Origin: Paraspadella gotoi
Lineage: Eukaryota; Animalia; Chaetognatha
Assembly (NCBI GenBank): GCA_051294375.1
Contig: CM119266.1
Span: 16,300,087-16,364,086 of the forward strand
Reading direction: 5' to 3'
Length of the DNA: 64,000 nt
Each line of letters opens with the position of its first letter. The stretch's first letter is position 1. Position numbers and translations under genes: made by a program. The notes under the pieces were generated by a model that was not told the DNA's origin, did not search any database, and saw nothing but the letters and a program-made list of their open reading frames with translations. Of this stretch, positions 1-12,936 are shown one piece after another.

Positions 1-700
1 CACGATTCATTAAGGTTTTCCTTGTTGCAGCTCTCCAGCCGCTATCCGCCCGCCGTAAACGCCGTCACCGAACGCCGTTCAGTCCATTTCCTCCTTTCAA
101 TATTCGCTGGACAATTTAAAGGCACGAATGAGAGAGAGAAGAGAGATTGAAAAGTCGAGAGTCGCTCTTCGAAATGAGCAGGGGACGGTGGTTGAATTGA
201 AAGGGAAAATGTCATTTGTTTTAAAGAGAACGGTTTGATAGTAATGTTCAACGCAAATGAACTAAAGAGAGATTCGTATGTTATATGAACGCGGTTTAAT
301 ATATAATTACTGTATATCGTTATCCAATTTATTTTCTTATTTCTCTTCGAAATTATTAAGCTCAATAGACCTTTCAACATTTTTAATTCTATGAGTTTAG
401 AAAGAAAAAAGACGTTTCAAGAAAGGCTGTTGTCGTCGTCGTCTCGTCGTCATGGTTTGGTTTTGAGTCGGAAGAAAGAAAACCCGAGAATCACTTTAAT
501 AAAGTGGAAGAGAAGGAGAAAGAAAGGCAATTAAAGAAAAGACGCAGAAGGAATGAGGTAGAGAAAGAGAGGGAAATTAAAAAGGAAAAGAAAGGAGGTG
601 AAGAGAGAAGTTAAAGCGAGAGGGAAAGTGCGAACGAGGATCAGATGTGGAAAGCGGAGCGAAAGGGGAACGATAAATAAGGATAGATTAATTATTATCT
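1..700. repeat. Left arm of outer long inverted repeat (pairs with 4648-5369); probably continues beyond the window start
   Basis: Base 1 cacgattcattaaggttttccttgttgcag is the reverse complement of ctgcaacaaggaaaaccttaatgaatcgtg ending at 5369. The match continues with scattered small indels to ggatagattaattattatct (~700) versus agataattaattaatctatcc (~4648). Confidence 0.93.
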
Positions 701-1083
<383 letters not shown>

Positions 1084-1377
1084 ATTTAAAGGTCGTGCCT
1101 GATGGTGTAGTTTGTATACACAATAGCGCTACCGCTATTTAGTAGACACTCGATCACCGTGAGCTTTTATAAATAGATGAGATTACTTCGGAAAACGAAA
1201 TATTTTGTATCTGATAGAGTCGTCATATATAAATTGATACAAAAATTATCCATTCATTTAATGAATAAGCTATCTGGCCCTGACTTTGGACAGGCTTGGT
1301 GGTTTATATGTTATTTTAAGTATTTTTAAGTTTAAGGAACAAATTTATTTGTTTTTATCAACGAATTGTATTATTGG

Positions 1378-1420
1378 TAAGACATGGTTCGACTCTTGAG
1401 TTTTAGAGTCTCATCAGTTA
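1378..1420 (-). ncRNA. Minimal type I hammerhead ribozyme motif in the 3' pseudo-LTR
   Basis: Minus strand reads taa-CTGATGAG-actct-aaaactca-agagt-CGAAc-catg-TC-tta: CUGAUGA core, stem II actct/agagt, GAA(A) box, palindromic short stem III and GUC cleavage triplet. One mismatch to the canonical GAAA. Confidence 0.7.
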
Positions 1421-1582
1421 TGACAATCAATATTTTTTACTCTTTAACTTAGTTTAGAGAGAGAGAGAGAGAGAGAGAGAGAACAAAAAGAGGGAGTTCC
1501 AACAAGAATTGAGCAAAGGACAGTGGTCAGATATGAGGACAGGTGAAGGTAAGATCAGGGAAGAAGTTGGGTGAAATTTGAA

Positions 1583-1620
<38 letters not shown>

Positions 1621-2269
1621 GGGTAAGAGAAAATCTTACATTTTTTTTTGTAATGTATAACAATGATAGAGAAATAAAAGAACAAACTTAATAGTTAAAC
1701 TAATAGTAACATTGTAAAAATAATTAATGAGTAAAGAAGTTGAAATTGAAATAGAAGAATAAGTGATGAGGGATAGGTAAGTAAAGAGTTAGTGAAAATT
1801 AAGTTGAGAGAAAGAGCTCAAAATGAGCTGGCCCCCCCCGGGTTGGCAAAGGTGGGACGTTTGCGATAGGTCGGGTCATTGGCTGTCATGGGCTGAGAAG
1901 ATATGACTGTGGAGTGTGACATTTCGGACCTGGTAGTGATCCTCCTGGAAAATGCCTAACGCCACTCGAATATCTCTCTGGCCTGATAGGCTGCCGATGG
2001 CCCTCTCTCACCTGACGGTGGGTGGGCGATTGCCTGTTCTTGCCTGCTTTGGTGCAGGAGATACAGACTCCTCTCCTCCTCCTGTAGCCGTCGTTTTGGG
2101 ACGACGCCCAGTGTGAGAGAGTCATCCAGGTTGCTACAGGCTGGAGAGGTATCGGTCGTCCATTGCCTGCTGGAGGTCTCCGCCTGACCCGTTTGAGTGG
2201 GGGGCAGGGGAATAACCGTGCGGTTGGGGCGGCTCTGGGCGTTCCACCACCAACTTGATAAGCGAATCA

Positions 2270-3900
2270 TAGCTTGGAGGGGGATCGAAGCGTCTCCATC
2301 ACGGTTAAGAGAGGGCTCGAGGGCTTTGATGTAGATAGCCTCTCTAATACCTCTTGAAAACCAATTTTGGTCATGGACAGCACGAGCAGTCCGTCTCTCT
2401 AAACAGATGGCCAGAGGCTACAGAGTGCTCTGATATGCTGACAGGTAGTTGACCTCGTGAGTCCGGTAAGGTTTCGTATGTTGCTTGAACCGATTGAGAG
2501 AGATTTTCCTGTCTCGCCAAGTATGCTGCTGTGCAGGGTTGGTTTTCCCTTGCCTGCACAGGCGCCAATAGACGGCTCCTGATGTTTTCGTTCTGGGATT
2601 TTGTCTTTCGTTTCACCAGTTGCTCACGTAGAGAACCGCGGGTCGTCACTGAAGTGGAGATCCCCGCTTTGCAGCACCCGCACCAAAGCTTCAGTGATCT
2701 GGTGGTAGGGGAGGGTAATGTGACCACGTTCTTGAGACGCTTCTGCTTATCTCCCATTTGCGCTGTGGTGGGCGGCGTTGGTCTTCAGCAGCAAGGTCCC
2801 GTTCTTCTCCTGGGGGCGGAGGTTGAACCTGCGTTAAGCGGCTACTTGGGCAGCCCCTTGGTGGCCACTGCCTCAGCTTTGGTTCTGCCGGAACCTAGCC
2901 TTCTCGAATGCCTACAGAGGTAACCATTGAGCGCCAAGGCTTTTTTTACATGCTCAAAGCTCGGCGGCTGGAGCTCGGGGGTCGACGGAATCAGAAGAGC
3001 TTCTCCTGGTAAGGGATCTGACTGTGGCGAGCTTGGTTGACAAGGGGGCGTGCGAATCAAAGGGAATTGTATTGATCAGTAGGCGTTGGTTTTGCGATAG
3101 ACAGAAAACTCCAATGAGCCGCCTCTCTTGTGCGCTTTATAAGCACATCGAGCATTGGAATTTTACCATTCTTCCTCTTTTTTCACACGTCACTTGATAC
3201 TCGCTTCGATGCCGTTAATGTGTGTTAGTAAGGGCTCAACGAGATCCCTTTGCACAGCCAGGATGGTATCGTCTGCTTTCCGATACAGAAGAAGAACTGA
3301 CTCTGCCCATGCAGAGATCGAAAGAAGCCAAGCTTCCACCTCATAGTCCTCCATATAGAAATCTGCAGAGGACTTGAGGTTGATTTCCCATCCCTAAGCC
3401 ACCAGGCTGGGCATAGTACGGTCCATCGAACCTGAAGTACGCCAGTTCCAGGCGGCCGCAGGCAGTGCCATGATATCATCCAATTGGATTGGCGTACGCT
3501 CGTGTAACAACCGGTCTCCCTTCAGGCGGCGTTCTGCGGATGCTAACCGCCAAGTCCCTGAGGGATGTTAGTGAATCATACTTTTAAGTCACACGAGACC
3601 AAGAGATGACATATCGGGCACTATGATATGCTGGAGCTTTTCTGTCAGGATCGAGAGAATTTTTGAGGTGGTGTTGGTTTCCGACAAGAGGAGTGAGAAT
3701 GCGTCCCAACTCCTTCGTCATTCATTGAAAATGGAATTGTCGGGCCGATACGATAGGGCGTAACGGTAAATCGGGCTTAGAACCTTCGGCTGACCGAAGA
3801 AAAGAGGCGGCTGCGTTGAGTCAGGTTGACTCTATGGAATACTGCCGGGGAACAGTATTCGCGAATTTTTGCTTGTTTCAACGCGTCTGGATCTTAACTC
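2270..3900 (-). pseudogene. Frameshifted reverse transcriptase + GIY-YIG endonuclease ORF of the Penelope-like element
   Basis: Conserved motifs are spread over several reading frames (ORF-track pieces 3225..3479, 2842..3060, 2371..2757) and there is no continuous ORF. This is either decay or error-rich consensus. Confidence 0.8.
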
Positions 3901-4112
3901 TGTAAGCAAGAGCTTTTCTTAACTTAATTTTCACTTAACTCTTTACTTACCTATCCCTCATCACTTATTCTTCTATTTCATTTCACTTCTTTAACTCATG
4001 TAATTTATTTTAACATGTTACTATTAGTTTAACTATTAAGTTTGTTATTTTATTTCTCTATCATTGTTATACATTACAAAAAAAATGTAAAGATTTTCTC
4101 GTTTACCTGTGT

Positions 4113-4155
<43 letters not shown>

Positions 4156-4337
4156 CAAATTTCACCCCAACTTTCTTCCCCTGATCTTACCTTCACCTGT
4201 CCTCATATCTGACACTGGTCCTTTGCTCAATTCTTTGTTGGAAAACTCCCTCTTTTCTTTTTTGTCTCTCTGCTCTCTCTCTCTCTGCTTTCTCTCTAAA
4301 CTAATGTTAAAGAGTATAATAAAATTGATTAGTCAAT

Positions 4338-4381
4338 AAACTGATGAAGATCTCTAAACTCAAGAGTCGAACATGTCTTAC
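4338..4381 (+). ncRNA. Second, degenerate copy of the minimal hammerhead motif in the inverted pseudo-LTR
   Basis: aaa-CTGATGA-agatctct-aaactca-agagtc-GAA-catg-TC-tta, the inverted copy of 1378-1420 with indels. Confidence 0.6.
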
Positions 4382-4647
4382 CAATAATACATTCGTTGAT
4401 AAAGACAAATAAATTAGTTTTTTCTCCTAAAAACTTCAAAAACGCAACGAAAATTGATAGTTTTACACATAAGTATTTTTTAAGTTCAGGCATGTTAAAT
4501 CGCAGAAATTTTAACTAAGCTAACTAGTATTTAACATGAAAGCATTCTTACGAAAATATTTTTAGTTGCTGGACGATATAAACTAATATTCTATAGTTCA
4601 CTTTCGGTCAGGTCATTCAGTTTTATAGTTATTCTTTTTTTGGCATT

Positions 4648-5369
4648 AGATAATTAATTAATCTATCCTTATTTATCGGTTCCCCTTTCGCTCCGCTTTC
4701 CACATCTGATCCTCGTTCGCACTTTCCCTCTCGCTTTAACTTCTCTCTTCACCTCCTTTCTTTTCCTTTTTTAATTTTTCCCTCTCTTTCTCTACCTCAT
4801 TTCCTTCTGCGTCTTTTCTTTAATTGCCTTTCTTTCTCCTTCTCTTTCCACTTTATTAAAGTTGATTCTCGGGTTTTCTTTCTTCCGACTCAAAACCAAC
4901 CATGACGACGAAGACGACGACGACAACAGCCTTTCTTGGAAACGTCTTTTTTCTTTCTAAACTCATAGAATTAAAAATGTTGAAAGGTCTATTGAGCTTA
5001 ATAATTTCGAAGAAAATAAGAAAATAAATTGGATAACGATATACATGCAATTATATAATTAAACCGCGTTCATATAACATACGAATCTCTCTTTAGTTCA
5101 TTTTGCGTTGAACATTACTATCAAACCGTTCTCTTTTAAACAAATGACATTTTGCCTCTCAATTCAACCACCGTCCCCTGCTCATTTCCGAAGAGCGACT
5201 CTCGACTTTTCAATCTCTCTTCCTCTCTCTCATTCGTGCCTTTAAATTGTCCAGCGAATATTGAAAGGAGGAAATGGACTGAACGGCGTTCGGTGACGGC
5301 GTTTAACGGCGGCGGCGGCGGCGGATAGCGGCTGGAGAGCTGCAACAAGGAAAACCTTAATGAATCGTG
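4648..5369. repeat. Right arm of outer long inverted repeat (pairs with 1-700)
   Basis: Reverse complement of 1-700. ORF-track peptides 42..380 and 5136..5396 come from the two copies. Confidence 0.93.
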
Positions 5370-5957
5370 AAAACGGAACCCGGAATAGTCTCTCATTTAT
5401 GGGAATGAGGCGATTGTTTTTGTTTTTTAGCCTTTTTTTTATTAGAGAGAGATAACACGAACCGAAGCACATGCTGCAATATGTGTACTGTGTAGTGTAC
5501 CGTATATACGATACTAAACTTTGCCTCGCAACTACTGTTATTCCGGAAATACGTCTCTCCAGTCTCCATACGCTTGAGAATTTATTGAATTGCAATACAA
5601 TCAAGGGGGAAAAAACAAGGGGCTAACGCATAATTTTGTGTCAAAATTTATACTTTAATAGATATCTTAGTCTTGCATCTATCTTCTGAACTGATTCTTA
5701 ATTATAGTATGATTTAACATACCTTTAACATACCTTGCACAGTTGTTGAATCTTAAACAAAAACAAAAAGGACAAAAGAGAAGACTTTCAAAAAAGCTCT
5801 TCGTCTTTCCTTTGAACGATTTGTCAAAATTCACGTTTTTCAACAAAAATAACAACTTTCTCTAGCCCCTCTCTCCAGTTGAGCTAAAAGGCGGTGGAAG
5901 GATCATTTTCAGCCATCTGTTCCGGTTAATCAAAAACCGTTCTTTTCATCGAATCGG

Positions 5958-6525
<568 letters not shown>

Positions 6526-7133
6526 GAAGGAAAAAACTAAACGCGACTTTCTTAAAGTGCAACTTCATTCCTATTTCAGTTTATTCATGAATTTCAAATT
6601 CAAAAGGAAGTTTTTTTTTCTTCTTCTTCTTTTTCTTTCTTTCTTTCCTCTTTTTATTTGTCGAAGCCTTTTTTTTTTGCAGGGTTGGGGGGGCGTAGCG
6701 GGGGGGACACGGTTTTCTACCAATCGATGACGAAATGACGTTTTACGACAGCCAATGGGGGAGTGAGAAACCGATTTATGCGCAACGTCGCATAAAATGG
6801 AAGGAAGGAAAGAAAAAATTGCGAATTTAAGCTCATTTTATATAAAAAGGGGAAAAAAGGTTCTCCTTTTTCAAAGTTGGCGATTAAAGGGAATGAGAGC
6901 TTCATTAAAAACTCGTTGAAGGGGCGGCCGGTTTCGGCGACGATGGATCTGAAGATCACGTCGACGTTCGCTTCCGGTCGAACGCAGAGATGAATGATGA
7001 ACAAATAAAAAAGGAATTTAATTTAAAAAAAAAAATTAGAAATTTATTAACAAGAAGCAACAATAACAAAGGATAACGTAGTGGCAGTAAAATCTCAGTA
7101 CGAATCTAAAGACTCAAAAGCGTCGAGTCAGCC

Positions 7134-10100
7134 TCAGGTTTCCCTCTTCACCGCAGTCTCACTCTCCGGAAGGGAGACCGCTTCTCCGTCAACCGCCAAC
7201 GGCGCTGTCGAGGCCGCTGACGACGCTGACGACGCCGATGCCGCCTTCGCCGCCTCCTCCTCCACGAATCTCACACACTTCTTTTTCAGCTTGCACAGGC
7301 GGCACCACTGAGCAAGCCTCAACACTCCGTACACGGCCCGGCACTTCTTGCCCGCCTTGTCCTTGCCCTCGTGAGCCTGAGCCACGTGGGCTCGCAGCCG
7401 AGCGGGCGACCCGACGACGACGCGGCCGCAGATTTGACAGGGGTTCTTGCGGAGGCCCTCGACGCCCTCAATGTCGGGTAGGTTACTTGGTTCGAGAACC
7501 TGGAGAAAGGACGAGGTTATTTGGAGGTGTTATTATTCTTTGGTCCAGAAAGATTTAAAACAAAGACGGACGGAAAGGTCAGAGGCTCAGAACAACGCCT
7601 AATCCGCTCCTCATCCACCGGCCTACCTGCTTTTTATAGACGTCGAGATATTCGGCGATGAGTCTCTTGTCGATCCCCGACTCCCGTTTTCCTCGCGTCG
7701 ACGTCGAAGTAGTCTTGTGCTCGAAAAGGTCGTTCTCGAGCTTCTTGAGGATCCACTCGTCGGAGGCGGCGGCGGACGAAGCAGCGACGGCGGCGGCCAC
7801 GATTTTGGAGGCGTCGAGGTTGGGAGCGTCCGGATCAAGTTTTATTCCTTGCGTCAAGATGTCCGAAGGAATGCGTACGATCGTGTAGCCTGAATAATAG
7901 ATTTCATTTACATCGTTAAATACGCAACTACATAATTACATACATTGCATAATAGTAATATAGTAATCGTAATACTAATAGTAACATAAAAATTGAGAAA
8001 TAACATCTTTAATATCAACAAAAACGTTTGTATTATCACCTGGGAGCTCCTCTGAATCTTCAACTTTTGGCGTCTTCGTCGCCGCGCGGTCCAACTTAGC
8101 CTTTTTTATCGGTGTCATCGCCGACGAGGCTGCCACTGGCGCCGCTGCATCCGTTTTCGAACCGGCCTTCTTTTTAGGAGGAAAGAGACTTTCGTGTCCC
8201 GGATGTAAGGCGTGGATGTGTCGCCGCATATTGGCGTAGAAGCCGAAGGCTTTGGCGCAAACTGGACATGAGAACTTGCGTGGGTGTTTGAGCGTCTGTG
8301 GAGAGTCTGCAGAAGTAGCTGGCGCTGCAGGGGGGTTGTCAGTGGCAGTCTCTGAAGGTTGAGCAGTGATGGAGGTTTTGACTAAACTGTTCAATTTCGT
8401 ATCGTTGTCGCCCGCAGATACAGAAGGCTGAGTTGGCATTTTGAACGCCTGATGAGCTAGAGTCGTCGGCAGAGAACCGTAGGCAGCATTGACAGCACTG
8501 ACGGCGCTCATAGTGCCTATGGCGCTGACGGCGCTGTGGAAGAGAGGTGTGACGGCAAGAAAAGGTTTTCCCTGCTGGTGATTATTTCCGAAATCGACGA
8601 GCGGCGGCGCGAAGACTTGACACGCAAATGAAGTAGCTGGTGCTGCTGCAGGAAGTTCGTCCATCTCGGGCGTTTCAACGTCAACTTCGTCGTCCTCGTC
8701 GTCGTCGCTTTCGTCGTCGTCGTCGTCGTTCTCTGCGGAATAGTCCGGTTCGTCGGTGGGTCGAGTGGGATCGAAAACGGCGTCCATGCATCGCTGCAAG
8801 ATGTTTTCCGATTTGACCTCGATTTTCTTCGACTTCTCGGCGTAAGGACCGACGGGCTTGCGCCGCTTTCGACCCGGACAACCGGTTCGCAAGAAAAAGG
8901 TCATTGCGAGGCCGTCGTCGTCGTCAGTGGCGCCGCCGTCGACGAACCAATCTGCGGCCCGACGAAACGAAGCCGTCGTTGTCGTTGGACGAATGACGAC
9001 GACGGAGCCGCCGCGGACGAAGAACTCGGGCAACGCGAAGGCCGCATCGCGTCGGAATTGAACGTCGACCGCCGCCGACGTCGGTTCCACCAGCCGCAGC
9101 CGACGAGCGTGACCTTCAGCGCCGCATGCCGATTTAATCAAGGCCGTAGAAAAAGGACGCCATGCAGTCGTTCCTAAAGAACAACGAGGCGCCGCTCTCT
9201 TGGCGCTAGAGTGCAGATCAGCGACGCGGGGAGCGAAGAGTCGGAGTAGCGGCGCCAGTTGGTCGGCGGCGAAATCGACGGCGCCGAGAATCGATCCGGA
9301 ACAGTGAGAAGTTTCCGTTTCGGACGAACAACGGCATCCCTCCACGAGACGAGGCTGCTGACCCTCGTCAACCGCGCATGCGCATGCCTCCAGCCTGTCG
9401 TCAGAGATGGGAATCGCATTTCTCGAGCTCAAACGAGAGACGATTGATTCGGACGACGATTTAGACAACGCGTCCCACACGACGAGACAGATGACCCCGA
9501 AGGCGCGGTGACACGAGTGGCCCTCGTGACGAAGCGCCAACAACACCGCCGACTCTTGGGGGGAGGTGCGCTGGATGGCTCCGTGGCTGCTTTCGACGGG
9601 AAAAACCACGTCGCAAAGGGAACCTACAATTTTTTTTTTTGATTGGTAAAAAATAAAGCGAAAAGCCAAGTTTAAAAAAAAGAAGTTTTAAATCATAAAA
9701 TTTTAATTTTTAGACGGATTCCGGCTCTAGGTATAATTTACTTTGCATAATTAATACCATGATGGAAAAAAAATTGTCGCGTTTACTTTCCAGCTATTTT
9801 TTGGCATTTTAATGTGAGAATCGAAAAAAAAGTTACATATCGAAAAACTTTGGCCTTTTGTGATTCATATGAGCTGTCTCATTTATGAAATTGGTACAAC
9901 CAATATAAAAATTATTCATTCATTTAATAAATAAGCTATCTTGTCCCTGACTTTGGACAGGCTTTGGTGGTTTACGGCCTCCATCACACTTACAAGATAA
10001 CATAGCAGGTTTCTGCAAGCTTTCAATCAAGACTCTCTCACAGTCTTATTTATTCACTCCCAGTGAACCTGGCTTCCCTATCAATGAAGTGATATAATAT

Positions 10101-11367
10101 TTCAAAGAATGTTTCAATTGTATGAAAAGACCACTCCCTTAAGTATTAGATCGGTGAATACTATATTTGTACTCCGCACTAGCATCAAAAATACAAGGAG
10201 CTGAATTTTATGATATTGGTACACCAATATAAAAATTATCCATTCATTTAATAAATAAGCTATCTTGTCCTTACTTTGGACAGGCTTTGGTGGTTTAAGG
10301 CCTCCATCACAATTACAAGATAATAACATAGCAGGTTTCTGCAAGCTTTCAATCAAGACTCTCTCACAGTCTTATTCACTCCCAGTGAACCTGGCTTCCC
10401 TATCAATGAAGTGGTATAATATTTCAAAGAATGTTTCAATTGTATGAAAAGAACACTCCCTTATATACGACAAAAAATAAAAGAGTTCAATGCAAAAAAA
10501 AATGAGTTGTCCAAAAAATGCTTCTTTCTTTTTTATCTTTTTTATATCTACACTTTTCATTTATATGCTAATTTCCGGTTCTTTTTTTTATTTTTTGAGT
10601 TAAACCGTTACTATTAAAAATCCGTGCATTTTCTCAGTCTCATGTCAAATAGTTATTGTATCATCTTCATTAGGATAGATTCAGGGATGAATCTTAACTC
10701 ATATATCAAAAAAATAGCAGCATTAAAAATACATTAATGCTCCAGAATATTTTTTTATATTGTAAAGTATCAATAAAAGTTATAATGCTCCAGTAACCTT
10801 TCTATGAACAAAGTTATCATTTTTATTTACCTCTGGATATATTATCAAAACAAAATAGCAAAAATTCCAAAAAATAAAAAATAAAAATTTTGTTAAAATA
10901 AAAAACAATACATCATTACATTATACAACAACTCAAGCCTGGATTATTCTTTTTCACTGCTTGCCAAGGACCATTTTTTGCCTTAAATCTAATAAAAAAT
11001 ATTATGCTAAAGATATAATATTAACAATAATATGAGTAGTCATCTTTATCAAAAAGAGATGAAAACAGTTGAAAACAACCTTTTTTGGAATTATTTCATT
11101 GTATTAAATAATTTTATGCTGTTGAGAAATAATCTTTTTATTCAGTTTTAAGGAGGTTATATTACATATTAAAACTTATTTACCAGCCAAAAAATATATT
11201 TGACAATGAAATTAACCGACTTTTCCAAACCACGACAATTTTTTTCCCTCGTGGTAACTAATCAGATGATTAATTAACTTTTTTTTAAATTGAAAAAGTA
11301 TAAATTAATTGATGAAAAATTAAATTATATCACTTTATCGAGAGCCGATCCGGCATTGTTTGCTTTT

Positions 11368-11421
<54 letters not shown>

Positions 11422-12405
11422 TATGCAATTTTTATGCATGATCATTGATCAATGATCATCGTTGTTGAAAATCTTTGTCTTACCTGAACGTCGTCTCTCC
11501 ACCAGCAAAACGCGTATCGAGTCTCGATCCAATCCCGATCTGACCGCCACGCTTTTGACGAGCGATTCAAGGTCGGACGCGCTCACGAGGTCGCCCACCG
11601 CGTTCACCGCCGCCGCCGATTCAAGTGGCGCTGGACACGATCGCGAATCGCAGGTGATTTCCGTCGACGGGGCGTTGGACGTCTGTGGCGGCTGTGTTGG
11701 CGGAGGACGAGTGGAATCGGACGTGGATTCTTCTCGAGCCGATTCTTCGGAATCAGATTCTTCTTCAATCGACGACGAAGACGGAGAATTGGAACTTTCG
11801 CCCGATTCGAATTCTATTTTCTCGCTCTTTGGAGCGGCGGGAACAGGCGCGCCCGAAGCTGGGGCATTCACTGCGACCAAGGAAGATCCCGCGCCCGGGT
11901 TGAACATCGAAAATGAACCGGAAGGAATTAGCGGCGAGGTATGAACGCCGGGATGAACGCCGGGATGAACGCCGGGCGGGACCGCGCCAACCTTAGCAGA
12001 TGCGTCCACGCTCGCTACAAAGTTGGGGGCGAGAAACATTGGACGCATTGCTGCCGGACCCAGGGGGTGGAACTGCGCCTGATGTTGCGTCGCTTGCTGC
12101 CCGTTGGCCAGAATAACGTAGGGTTGTTGCGGGGGCTGTTGTGGATTCGTTAAGGCCGTTGGATAATTCGATGAACTTTTCGATGGATCCAATTGCGCAA
12201 CTTGGCCGTGTTGAAGAGGCTGAGGTACAAGTTGCACCAAGGCCTGGGCCGGCTGCTGAGGTGGCATCTGTACCAAACGGACGCCTGGCTGCAACATCGG
12301 GGAAATCATCTGAAGCATTTGAGGTTGAGGCGAGCCGCCGACTGGGTTTACCATAGCGAACAATTGCGGAGGTGTGGCGTCTTTTTCTCTTTCTTTGTTA
12401 GACAT
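7134..12405 (-). CDS. TET-like (probably inactive) domain + 2x C2H2 zinc finger + C-clamp protein, ~1044 aa; exons 12405-11484, 9623-8040, 7889-7627, 7499-7134
   Basis: All three introns are GT-AG and phase-consistent (1,1,0), total 3135 nt. TET-like blocks: QRTSPQESAVLLALRHEGHSCHRAFGVICLVVWDAL, EACAC, QLAPLLRLFAP, APRCSLGTTAWRPFS, LAMTFF. Fingers: CPVCAKAFGFYANMRRHIHALH and CQICGRVVVGSPARLRAHVAQAH. C-clamp: KKCRAVYGVLRLAQWCRLCKLKKKCVRF. The N-terminus is Q/P/S-rich. Confidence 0.82.
9891..10463 (+). repeat. Intronic direct duplication of ~250 bp (9891-10141 and 10216-10463); a fragment of the same repeat lies at 1241-1305
   Basis: Both copies run ttggtaca(a)ccaatataaaaattat...ctttggacaggctttggtggttta...tgtatgaaaaga.cactccctta. 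1241-1305 matches their first ~70 bp. Confidence 0.9.
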
Positions 12406-12759
12406 GATTGAATTGTTAGGCGAAATAATTTAAACGTTAAGTGGCACGATACTCGAAGTGAATGCGATGAGAGTCACAGAATTACATTTTCCTCGTCGGT
12501 TTTAACGATCCAATGATTTTTCTGCCTCACTCAATCGGCACATATATCTCACCGACAGCGGTGATGCATACAAAAAAGGGAAGAGAGCGGCTATCGCAGT
12601 CTCGGTTGGACTCGATTTACGGTATTAGTAACGAGGGTTGGACGGACAAGCCCGTTACCGATCGAAAGGGATTGTGACTTACCCTCCGGACGCCTCGCCG
12701 CAGCAGCGCGGCGGTATTATTTTTATTCGGGGAATTTTGGCACGAGGAACAAACAAAAG

Positions 12760-12809
<50 letters not shown>

Positions 12810-12867
12810 TGTTCGAAAACTGACCGAAACCGGGAAGAGTACAACGGAGAGGTTCACTGACCGCGGC

Positions 12868-12936
<69 letters not shown>

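Larger units (their letters stand above)
1322..4443 (-). mobile_element. Penelope-like retroelement (Penelope/Poseidon type, C-terminal GIY-YIG), 5'-truncated, with inverted pseudo-LTRs at ~1322-1820 and ~3905-4443
   Basis: Minus-strand fragments read FYMEDYEVEA, LYRKADDTI (RT YxDD region), FSVYRK..TDQY, FEHVKKALALNGY, C..AY-GETGKSL, SISEHSVASGH and NWFSRGIREAIYIKALEPSLNRDG, all typical PLE RT/GIY-YIG motifs. The 3' UTR (1322-1820) is repeated in inverted orientation at the 5' truncation point. Confidence 0.88.

Noticed and set aside
7266-7349. Calling the C-terminal Cys motif a CXXC domain, or the gene TCF
   Set aside because: Cys spacing and the KKCRxxYG...WCxxCxxKKKCxRF pattern match a C-clamp, and no HMG box is present.
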